DNA of 64,000 bases, taken from NCBI GenBank assembly GCA_013239625.1, contig MU053513.1, forward strand, positions 3,212,927 to 3,276,926. The letters run 5' to 3'. Position 1 is the first letter of the stretch. The number at the start of each line of letters is the position of its first letter. Made by a program: the position numbers and the translations under genes. The notes beneath the pieces were generated by a model. That model had not been told where the DNA came from and searched no databases. It saw only the letters and a list, made by a program, of their open reading frames with translations. This document shows positions 27,304 through 37,570 of the stretch, in pieces. The stretch is from Lama guanicoe. Taxonomy: Eukaryota.

Positions 27304-27376
27304 GTCCGCTGGCTGCAGTGAGTCACCACTCATCCCAGGGGTTGATTTAGCTCTCCAAGGAGAAGTGGAAAGAGTC

Positions 27377-27723
27377 TGCTATGATCTGAATATGTGTGTT
27401 CCCCCCAAATTCATATGCTGAACTCCTAACCCCCAATGGTAACGGTATTAGTAGGTGGGGATCATTGGGAGGTGATGGGGTCATGAGGATGGTGCCCTCA
27501 AGAATGACATTAGTGCCCTTATAAGAGACCCTGCAGAGCTTCCTCACCCCTTCAGCCGTGGGAGGATACAAGAAGTCTGTGACTTGGAAAAGGCACCTCA
27601 CCCAACCATGCTGACACCCTGATCTCGGACTTACAGCCTCCAGAACTGCGAGCAACCAATTTGTTGTTTATAGGCTACCCAGCCTTCTGTATTTTGTTAT
27701 AGCAGCCCAAATGGACTACAACA
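27377..27723 (+). mobile_element. MaLR solo LTR (MLT1A-like)
   Basis: tgctatgatctgaat...attagtgcccttataagaga...ttgttatagcagcccaaatggactacaaca. Confidence 0.85.
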
Positions 27724-27888
27724 AATCAGCCTGCATTTAATCTCACTAAAGGTAGGAACCATTTCCTGGATGCCCAGGATCCTTGACTGATTTCAAGCCC
27801 ATCTCCTCGGTGCTCTAGGGTAGAGAGGAACTGAGGGGGAGGCTAAGACATCTAACAGGCACCTGGTTCTGAATACTGTCCTCTGATT

Positions 27889-28062
27889 TACTATATTTCA
27901 CTGATTCAGAGACACAAAAGTTTTTCACATTTTATTATCTCTGAAATTGGGTTGAGCCTTACCATCTATGATTTAATTGGCAAGATTTATTTTTTTCTGA
28001 GTGCAGATAAAACAGTGAGGAGACTTACACTGATGGCATCTTAGCTTCTGTGAAATATGATA
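27889..28062. mobile_element. Tc-Mariner MITE (MER104-like)
   Basis: TA-flanked degenerate TIRs ctatatttcactgattc ... gcttctgtgaaatatga. Confidence 0.6.
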
Positions 28063-29964
28063 ATATTTCTCATTCAAAGCTGCAGTTCAGCTCCCTCCAG
28101 AGTCTCTTCACCCCTGTCTGAGTCATTGCTTTTCTTATTAGAGCTTATGTTCTGCTTTCTTCTGTTGCCCCAGAAATGGGCCCTTTTGGAAATGTCGTTC
28201 CCAGTGAAGTCCCCAGCGTACATCAAGAAGCTATCAATTTTGGATTACTTGGTAGCTGGGTGTGACAGGGCTGTGTTTAGGGGTAAACTTTCTAGTAAAA
28301 CTAAAGTTTTATCTTTTTAAAAAAATTAAAATTCCTTTCCTTTCCAAATGACAGGAGAGAGAGTATTCGTGAGGGTTAGCACATCCAGTGTACAACCTCT
28401 CCCTTCTGGATTAGCCTCCCTGGAGGGGAAAAGCCAGCCTGCCTCCTGAGTTGGCACAGAGCCCGTTCCCTTGACAACTGCCTCTCCAAGTCTGATGCCA
28501 GGTGCCACCTGGTGTCTGCATCAAGCAGGCACAACAAATAGGTCTGATGAAGGAAGTTTGAAGGGTGAGCAAAAGTTGAAGTGCAATGAATAGAACCAGG
28601 AAGTCAGGCTTAGACCAGATGAGGCATTACAACATATGTATCTGCTTTACCACATAGAATATGGAGGCCATATAGGAGTAAACATAGTGTAACATAACTA
28701 ATTTTAAAAAACACAGTTATTGCAGAAAGAGCATCAAACAGAAGTTGGATGTCATTTGTATTAATTCCGGGTTTGCCACTAATCAGCAGATTGCCTGTTA
28801 CATGGCAGGCACTTTAGTAGGTACTTGACCCTAGTTTTGTGCTAAATGGCCTCTGTAGATTATTTCATCCAAACCTTATACTAACCTATAATGTTGGCCT
28901 CTCCTTTCTGTTATCGGTGCAATATTCTGGGAAGTAGCTTTTGAAAAGAACTCAGGATGTTTAACATTGTGAAAGACCTAATCCTCTTCAAGAGGTGTGC
29001 AAGCAGGAGAAAGGCTCATCACTGGTCTGATTAAGGGCTAAAATCCTCACCATTGGTGGTGGAAATGTCTCCTTACAGACAAGACTATCCCCAAGTTGTT
29101 ATAAAAGTATGCTACCAATCTTCTTTTTGTGCTCTCCTGGCCTCACTGAAGATCAAATGACTTCTTGGTAGAAGTCAGGGTTCCCAGAGCTATTTCCACT
29201 ACTCCACGTCTGTCTGAACTCTCCGTCATTGTGCAAATGCCAAGAATTGCATCACATCACTGCAGCAGCCGCCGCACCATTCCTGAAGCCCTCCCAGCCA
29301 TCAATCTCCCCAGCACCATGAGCAGCCAGGGCTTGAGCCAGAGATGAATCACAGACATAAGGAAAGAAAAACGTATAAGCATATGGAGGAAATAAAACTC
29401 TCCTGGAAAGTGGCAGAATTTATTTTCACCCTCCAGGAGCTGTCCTCCAGACTTGAAAACCTCCACCTTCTTGAAAAAGCATCTGGAAGTTCAGAATTAC
29501 TTTCATCTGGCAAACTCATGAACTGTGACTCCAATATTTTGTGTCTATTTTTTTTCACGGAAGACTTTGCGAGCACTATAGGAAGAGCATTTTCTCTCAT
29601 CTTTTACCATCTTCACTCTTGAGAGGTTTAGGATCAGTTTAGGTCGACTCATAAAGGAAAAATAATAATAATTTGAATCCCAGGCAAGCTTTGAAGTAAA
29701 TGAGACCATGTCTATGAATACTATGTGGAAGCTGAAAAGTACTGTGAATGTGTCAGGCTTCCGTCAGGAAAGCAGAGTACTATGAATATTGTAGATTCAG
29801 CAGAGGAACTAGACTTTACCCAAAACATGGGAGTTTCTGCAGAAGTGAAGGTCTGGAAGAGGAAATTAGAGAATCAGAGAAAGAGCCATTAACCAATGTA
29901 CCTAAAGCTCTGGCACGGAAGGACACGTTATTATATCTCTCCTAGCCCAGGTCTCCTCGGCTGC

Positions 29965-30260
29965 AGCAGTAAGGAATGGAGCATCTAGAACCTGACCACC
30001 TGTGTTCAAATCCTGGACCTGCCACTTGTTAGCTGCAGAGCCCTGGGCAAGTTACTTTACCTCTCTGTATCTCATATCTGATACAGATTGTTGTGAGGAT
30101 TAAATAAGAGGACACTTAGAAATGGGACTAGAATATGTGAGCATTCAGTAAATGTAGTCCTCTTTACTGTCATAGGAACACAGTAACAGCTAAATGAGAT
30201 GTACATCAAGCAGCTAGCGCGTTACCTGGAACATGATAAGGGCTCAGGAAACACTGGCTA
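29965..30260 (+). mobile_element. MIR SINE fragments
   Basis: gttcaaatcctggacctgccactt...ctgggcaagttactttacctctctgtatctca...gttgtgaggattaaat. Confidence 0.7.
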
Positions 30261-30299
30261 TGTGTTATGCTGATTTAGGATTTTGAGTCAAAGACACTG

Positions 30300-30920
30300 A
30301 GGACAACATGGGGAAAGTTTGGAGGTTGGAAATGCAGGATATGTTAGGGATCAGTAGCATAGCTGGAGGATAGGTTCTGAGGGGGACTGATGGGAAGTGT
30401 GACTGGAGACACAGGCCAAGTCTAAAGCAGGAAGCACTTGACTATCATATAAACAAGAGCCACAGCATGCCCTTGAGATGGATATACCAAGAGATGTGCT
30501 TTTTAAAGACTTCCTGGCCCAGCTTGTAGATTACAATGGGAAATGAGGCGGTAGGGAATCTAATCTACAAAGAGAAAGACTCATTAGAAAGTTCTTATAA
30601 TAAAATAAGGCAAGCAGTAAAGAGGACCTGGATTATGACGGGTTGGAAATAAAGAGATGGAGTAAAAGTATGTCACATGGCAGAACTAACAGATCATTTA
30701 AACTTCTGGACACTGGATATCATGAAGAGGAGGGAGCAAAGGTAATTTGTAGGTTATAAGAATTAGAAAAAAAATGTAGGCATTGATGGAAGATAATTTT
30801 TGAGCAAGTACAAATGAGCTATTCAGGTGACTATGTGTGGTCTAGAGCTCAGGGGATACGTCAGGGCTGGAGATAATGATCTGAGATGCATCTGCTGAGA
30901 GATAATGGGAGTGGGAGAGA
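30300..30920 (-). mobile_element. LINE-2 fragments
   Basis: gtgactggagac...ggtctagagctcagggga...tcagggctggagata. Confidence 0.55.
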
Positions 30921-31304
30921 AAATGCCCTCATTGCCAATCTCACTTTGGAATATGGCCAAAGGGGAAAAAAAATCAAGAAATCAAAAAGGAAAAGAGAGA
31001 AAACCCTAAATATAGTTTTAGAAAATTTCATTTAACCATGTATATGTGCATGTAAAAAGAAACAGAAAGATATAGACAGATAGAACATGATCAATTAAGA
31101 TTTATTCAAGGAGTTGAAAGATGGCTTAACAATAGAAAGTCTAGTAGCATAATTTACCATATTACCAATTAAAATGAGAAAAACAAATGACCATTTCAGT
31201 AAATGTAGAAAAAAACCATTTGATAGAATTCAACAACCATTCATGTTGTTTAAAAAAAAATCCAGAAAACTCTTAGCAAACTGGGAATAGAAGATACATT
31301 TCTT

Positions 31305-31456
31305 TTTTGTTTGTTTGTTTGTGATTTTTGGGGGGTGGAGGAGGTAATTAGGTTATTTATTAATTTTTTTATTTTCTAACGCAGGTACTGGGGATTGAAT
31401 CCGGGACCTCATGCATGCTAGGCAGCAGCTCTACCACTGAGCTATATCCTCCCTCT
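31305..31456 (-). mobile_element. tRNA-derived SINE (camelid-type)
   Basis: antisense has A-box tagctcagtggtag, B-box ggattcaatccc and an A-rich tail; 15-bp TSD gaagatacatttctt (31290-31304) / gaagataaatttctt (31457-31471). Confidence 0.9.
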
Positions 31457-32516
31457 GAAGATAAATTTCTTAACATGATAAAGAACATTTACCAAAATCT
31501 ACAGCAAATATACTCACTGGAATATCACTAGAAATATTCCTTTTAAAATCAGAAACTAGACAAAAATACCCTCTATCAACATATCTTTTCAACATTTCAC
31601 TAGAGGTCTAAGCCCAGATAGCAAGACAAAGAGAAATAAAAGGACTGTAAAATAAGAATAAAACATGCTATTCTCAGACAATATGCTAGATGGAAAAATT
31701 ATTTTTAATGAATAAGTCAGTAATTCATAATAAAATTTTTCTGCAAGTTTTCAGAAAAAAGATCAGTATGTAAAAATGAATTGCATTTCTAAATACCATC
31801 AACATTTATAATAGCAGCAAATATACATATTACACATATATGTGTTATATAATGTAGACATATCATACAATCTCATGTCATGTATGCATGTTTATATACA
31901 TATATATCATATATATGATAATGAAGAATAAATCCAAACTAAAAGTGCAGAGACATTTATGAAGAAAACATTTTTAAATATTAAAAGATATTACAGATAT
32001 CCCAAATAAGTGGAGAGATACACAATGTGAATAAAAAGACTCAATACTATAAAGATGTCAATTTCCTAAAATTAATCTAATGTTATTTCAACTAAATCTT
32101 CATGCATTTCACAATGTAGTTTTAAAATGTGTATGGGAAAACAAAAGACAAAAAATGAATATGAAAATTTTGAAGAAGAAAAACAAGATTGAAGGATTTG
32201 TCCTACCTAACCTCAAAATTTATTATACATCTATGGTAATTAAGACAATGTGATTTTAGCTACAGATAAACAAAAGACAAATGGAATAAAATAGAGAGCC
32301 TGAAACTGACCTATGCATATCTAGAATCCTAATATAGGATATATGGAGCCTCATAAATCATTAGGTTAAGGAGAAACTATTAAACCATGCTAAAACAGTT
32401 GATTTTTCCATGAGCAAAAAAAAAAAAGTATATTTCTACCTCACACTATAAACAAAAGTAAATTCTAAATGATTGAAAATTTGAAAAGCCAAACTTTAAA
32501 GAAAATTACAATATAT

Positions 32517-32577
32517 TGACCACAGGTATTTGTCTTTTGTTTGTTTGTTTGTTTTTTCAATGACCACAGGTATTTGT
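32517..32577. repeat. perfect 17-bp direct repeat flanking a 27-bp T-rich insert (tail-only retroinsertion)
   Basis: tgaccacaggtatttgt at 32517-32533 and 32561-32577. Confidence 0.8.
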
Positions 32578-32797
32578 GATTCTCACACAAAACACAGAAA
32601 CCACAAACCAAAAATAAAAAGACAGATTAGGCAATTACCACAGAAATGTGATGCCCATGATATCGTATAATAAAATGCTCATACAAATTGAAAAGGAGGA
32701 AGATAAGCAACTCAAATGAGAAATAAGCCAATGATATGAACAGGCGGTTCTTAGAAAAGGAAACCCAATGGCCAATAACACTATGAAAAGCAGCTCA

Positions 32798-33222
32798 CAG
32801 ATGAACAGATATTGAGCAAAAGGAGCACAAATCCACTGAGTGGATCTATTGAGTCAGCAGGACCACCTAACGAGTCATTGCTGTTTCTAGTGGACTTGAA
32901 GATGAGCTCATGCTTCACCCAGTAATTTCATTCCTAGGTGTACACCTCAAAGGGCACAGTATTGCCCCCTGGGGGAATTTAGAAATTTGTCCGCTATCAC
33001 CTGACTCCAAATTATAAAACCTACCTCCAGTCATAAAGATATGAGAAAATTAGCAATTTCATCTTGAAAATATTAATGTAATAGATTGTATCCTCTTAAC
33101 TATATAAAGGGGTAAGATTTCTTTCTGTCTTTGCAGTCTCTTAGTAGATTGCCTGTAATGCACGTCATATTCTGGTTTAATGTTTATTCAAAAATAAAAC
33201 TGGTTTTCTTTCTCTTAAAGAA
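32798..33222 (+). pseudogene. probable processed retrocopy of a non-coding, LTR-terminated transcript
   Basis: interrupts colinear L1; TSD aaaagcagctca (32786-32797) / aaaagcacttca (33223-33234); AATAAA 33193-33198 followed ~18 nt later by an A-rich tail. Confidence 0.55.
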
Positions 33223-33638
33223 AAAAGCACTTCAAACTCACTAGTAATCAGGGAAATGCAAATTAAAATCATTAGATACCATTACATACCCATCAAAAAA
33301 TAAAATCCAGGAATAGCAAGCACGGTGAGGTCATGGAACAGCTATAACTTTCATACACGGCTGGTGGAAGTATAAACTGGTATCCACTTTGGAAAACAGC
33401 TTGGTGTTGTATAGTAAATTTGAAGAAGTACATACCCTTTGCTCCAGCAATCCTCTCCCTAGCTATGTATACATACCCAAAAGAAACTCTTGCATGTGTG
33501 CACTAGGATACATGTATACAAAAGGTCGGCACTGTTTTTAACAGTCCAGACCTGGAAACCACCCCAAATGTGTTTCAAAGGGAGAATAGGCAAACATTAG
33601 CTTCTTGGAATAATATGAATAAATCTTCCAAACATAAC

Positions 33639-35007
33639 TGAGTAATGAAGAATTAACCTTACTCTCCACAAACAATAAATGCTGGAGAGGGTGTGAAGAA
33701 AAGGGAATCCTCCTATATTGTTGGTGGGAATGTAATTTGGTGCGGCCACTATGCAAAACAGTATGAAGATTTGTTAAAAAACTAAAAACAGACTTACTAT
33801 ATGATCCAGCAGTCCCACTCCTGGTATATACCTGGAGGAAACCCTAATTCAAAAAGATACATGTACTCCAGTGTTCATAGCAGCACTATTTACAGTAGTC
33901 AAGATATGGAAGCAACCTGAATGTCCATTGACAGATGATCAAACAAAAAAGATGAGTTATATACAATGGAATATGATTCAGCCATAAAAAAGAATGAAAT
34001 AATGCCATTTGCAGCAACATGGATAAACCTAAAGATTATCATATTAAGTGAAGTTAAGTCAGATGACAAAAGACAAATATCATATGATATCACTATATGT
34101 GGAATCTAAAAAGTTACACAGATGAACTTATTTATAGAAGACTCACAGATATAAAAAACAAACTTATGGTTATCAAGGGGAAAAGAGGGGGAAGGAATAA
34201 ATTAGAAGTTTGAGATTAGCAGATTCACACTGTAGATAAAATAGATAAACAACAAGAACCTACTGTATAGCACAGGGAACTATATTCAATAGCTTATAAT
34301 AACCTATAATAAAAAAGAATATGAAGATATATATAATATGTATAATTGAATCACTATGCTGTACACCAGAAACTAACACAACATTGTAAATCAACTATAC
34401 CTCAATTAAAAACTTTAAAAATTAATCTTACTCAAAGAGACACCTGCCCTTTGCCCTTGGCTAGTAGGAGTTGATCTCCAAGTCTTCAAAATGGTGTACC
34501 TGATAGGAGTGTCTTTTTTTGCCTGGGGGGCCTTGGCCACCACACGGTCAAACAGTGTGATTTATGGTGGGGGTTTGGGCCACTCAGTATCCACTTTACC
34601 TCTGGAGGGGCTGCAAACTTGAAGTTAGCCACATGGGCAGTCAACCATGGAGCCCCAATAAAAACTGTGGACACCAAGGCTTGGGTGAGCGTTCCAGGCT
34701 GGCAACATCCCATGCATATTGTCACACATTTTTGCTCATAAATAACTCCATCCATGACTCCACAGGGAGAGGATGACTAGAAGCTTCATGTGTGATAGTT
34801 TCCTGGACTCTGCTGCATGCATTTCTTCCCTTGGTTGATTTTAATCTGTATGTTTTCCATATAATAAGCCATAAATGTGAGTATAACAGTTTTTGATGTG
34901 CTCAGTGAATCTTTTAGTGAATTATCAAATGTGAGGGTAGTTTTGGGACCCCTTGAACTTGCAGTTGGTGTCAGACATGAGGACATACCCCTCTCTCCAA
35001 TTTTGCA
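33639..35007 (+). mobile_element. ERV LTR (MER21/MER68/MER77-like), split by a young L1
   Basis: tgagtaatgaagaattaaccttactc|caaagag...gaattatcaaatgtgagggtagttttgggacccc...gaacttgcagttggtgtcaga...ttgca; host L1 resumes after it. Confidence 0.75.
33665..34419 (+). mobile_element. lineage-specific 5'-truncated L1
   Basis: ORF2 C-terminus, 3'UTR and A-tail; 14-bp TSD aattaaccttactc (33651-33664) / aattaatcttactc (34420-34433). Confidence 0.9.
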
Positions 35008-35499
35008 ATGATGTTTAGGGAAAGAAGTAAATTATATACATACATACATTTGGTATAATACCATTTATAAAAAGTCCCCATGCAGACAAAATGATGAAGG
35101 TCCTGCATCTCTCTTTGTGTAGGCTATCTACTGCACAATTTTAGGGAACACTTTCCCTACCATAGCCTTTGTAAACTGTGCCTCCCTAGACTCATGCAAG
35201 CACATGCTGCTCAAGTGGACAAGAAAATATCATAGCAAACATTTTTAGTAACAGTATAAAACATGCATGAGAATAATAACCCCAGCCCAGGACACTGGTT
35301 AGCTCTTCGGTGGTGGGGAGGGGTGGTGACAGGGTGAAGACAGGAAAATAATAAAGAAATCAAGAAGACACATACAGGGAACTTCAGCAATAACTGTAAT
35401 ATTTTATTTCTTAGGCTGAGTGATGAGTGTTTGGGTGTTCTTTATATTATTCTCTATCTACTTTCATGTATATGAAAAATTTCATTTTTTTAAAACCCG

Positions 35500-36325
35500 G
35501 TATGTAAGGAACAAAAGGAGGAAAATAACCCAGAGAAAGAAAAAAGTTCAGAGAGATAAAAGGGAGAAACCAGCAGAGCACAGCATCAGGGAAATCAAAA
35601 GAAGAGTTTTAAATAGCACACAATGCTCACAGTGCTTCGAGGAGCTAAGGAACAATAAGAAACGATTCGTGGATTTGGCAGTTAGACCATTCTGACCTTT
35701 CAAAGAGCAGCTTCAACAGAGTAGTGAGAGTGAAGCCAGACTGCAAGAAGTTGAGGAGAGAGCAGGAAGTGACGACGTGGAGACAATAAGTGTTGATGCC
35801 ACTATCTGGAAGTTCAGCAGTAAAAGACAGGAGGTGGAACAGGAACTTCAGCTGCAAAGAATCACAGAGTTAAGAGTCTGCTATACACTCTTAATGTTTG
35901 TGTCCCCCAAAACTCACATGCTGAAGCCTAGCCACCAATGTGATGCTATTAGGTGAGCCTTTGGGAGGTGACCAGGTCATGAGAGTGGGACTAGTGCTGA
36001 ATGGGACTAGTGCTCTTATTAAAGGAATCCCAGAGAGCTCCCTCTCCTCCTTCCAACATGTGAGGATATACTACACGAAGATCCCTTCTACAAACCAGGA
36101 AGTGGGTCTCACCAGTCACCAAATCTGCCAGCACCTTGATCTTGAACTTCTCAGCCTCAGAACTGTGAGGAATAAATTTCTGTCATTTATAAGCTGCCCA
36201 GTCTATAGTATTCTGTTGTAGTAGCCTGAATGGACTAAGACAGAGTCTTGTTTCATTTTCTTTTGTTTTTGAGGAAGGAGGACATTGGTGAACTGATGGC
36301 AGAGAAGGAGAAATTAAAGATTGGA
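35500..36325 (-). mobile_element. LINE-2, interrupted by an MLT1A-like LTR
   Basis: ggatttggcagttagacc...tgacctttcaaagagcagcttcaacagagt...gtgaagccagactgca. Confidence 0.65.
35879..36242 (+). mobile_element. MaLR solo LTR (MLT1A-like)
   Basis: TG...CA termini with perfect 5-bp TSD GAGTC (35874-35878 / 36243-36247). Confidence 0.9.
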
Positions 36326-36343
36326 AAGGAAATATATAATTTC

Positions 36344-36380
36344 CACGTTGTAAACTGACTATATTTCAATTAAAAAAAGA
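36344..36380 (+). mobile_element. micro-L1: terminal ~30 nt plus A-tail
   Basis: ttgtaaactgactatatttcaattaaaaaaa matches the 3' end of the L1 at 52314-52344; flanked by TATAATTTC (36335-36343 / 36386-36394). Confidence 0.7.
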
Positions 36381-36969
36381 AAAAGTATAATTTCATTGTC
36401 ATTCTTTGGAAACACTTCCTCTCTTCCCTCATATACCTTCTAGAAGACCAGGCACAGTCGTTGCAAGTAATTTAAATAGTTTCCTCATCAAGATCTTCAA
36501 TTACAAAAAGGAAAATCACTTATAAGTTTGCAGCTTTGAGTGCATTTTTCTGACAGATGTTGCAAAGAATGGTTGGTTTCTATGCAAATCTTTATAACGC
36601 ATACGGAGTAAGCAACAGGCTAAAACCTGTGAATCTGCCATATTCCCCGAAGAACACCTTATTCTGACCAGCTGACAAAACATTCATAAGACATAAATTA
36701 GGAAAAAAATAGACTTTAAAATCTTTCTCTGGAACGCAGGCGCTTGAGTGAAAACAGGGATAAAGGGGCAGGGACAGCTAGATTGACATATTTGTCAAGA
36801 ATCTTCTGAAGGGGCCTCCAGTTGGTTCTCAAGGCTGTTAAATGGGATGGCCACTGGCTCTTTTGTTCAAGGCCGGGACTTAGATAAGAACTAGATACGT
36901 CAGGGAATCCCTCCAAGTTTATGTTTGTACCCACCGTTCCTCTGAGAGGCTGAGTGCCTTCTGTGAAAA

Positions 36970-37570
36970 ACCATTTGAACCTGTCCACAGGGCGGCAAGT
37001 GCCAGGCACGCGCAGGGCTGGGGCAGGGCTGGGGCGGAGGTGATCAGCGCAAAGGACAAAGGCCCTCCGGGGGACTTCTCCTTTGGGAAGGAGTCTGGCT
37101 CGGCTTGCTGTGAAGAAATAGGGCAGGAGGGTCTGAACGCAGCGCAGTCCCTGGCAAGCCCACTACCCAGGTGGGGAGAGTGTTGGTGTTGTGAGCTATT
37201 TCATGAAATCCTGTAACATTCCTAGATCCAGGTGACTCGGTTTTGTGAGGCTCCAACACACACACGCGCACACACACACACACACACACACATACATATC
37301 ATATCACAGGGGACAGGGGCTGCTTCTCTCTCATCTAACTTAAGACTGAGCACAGTCAGGTCCAGGATGAAAGACCTGGATCCAGGTCTGCCCTCCACGT
37401 CAATGCTGGCGCAGCTCCCAGAGAGACAATGGCTCACTAAGGTACCACAGAAACCTGGAAGTAGCTCGGTCCACCCGGCCAGCGGCAGCTGCCGAGGCGG
37501 ATGGTGGTCCTGGTCCCATGTAAGACTTGGGACTCCCATATACACTAGGGGGAATGAGTGAGTCGGTGGG
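36970..37570. promoter_or_regulatory. CpG/GC-enriched promoter- or enhancer-like island
   Basis: local CpG retention; GC box GGGGCGGAG 37031-37039; G4 motif 37015-37034; DR1-like aggacaaaggcc; kB-like gggacttctcc 37071-37081. Confidence 0.5.
37256..37292 (+). repeat. (CA)n microsatellite with a CG interruption
   Basis: read directly. Confidence 0.95.

Larger units (their letters stand above)
31085..35495 (+). mobile_element. old L1 (L1ME/L1MC-like): decayed ORF2 RT region to 3' end, multiply interrupted
   Basis: decayed ORF2 motifs (atttgatagaattcaacaaccattcatg ~ FDKIQHPFM; ttttcaacatttcactagaggtcta ~ FNIVLEVL; ctagtaatcagggaaatgcaaattaaa ~ LVIREMQIK) and an L1ME-type 3' end near 35400-35495. 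Confidence 0.85.

Noticed and set aside
27371..27376. Same AGAGTC flank before two MLT1A-like LTRs (27377 and 35879)
   Set aside because: No longer shared flank and the LTRs differ substantially; treated as coincidence.
31380..31456. tRNA-like sequence with A and B boxes (also 57650-57724)
   Set aside because: These are SINE heads with tails and TSDs, not tRNA genes.
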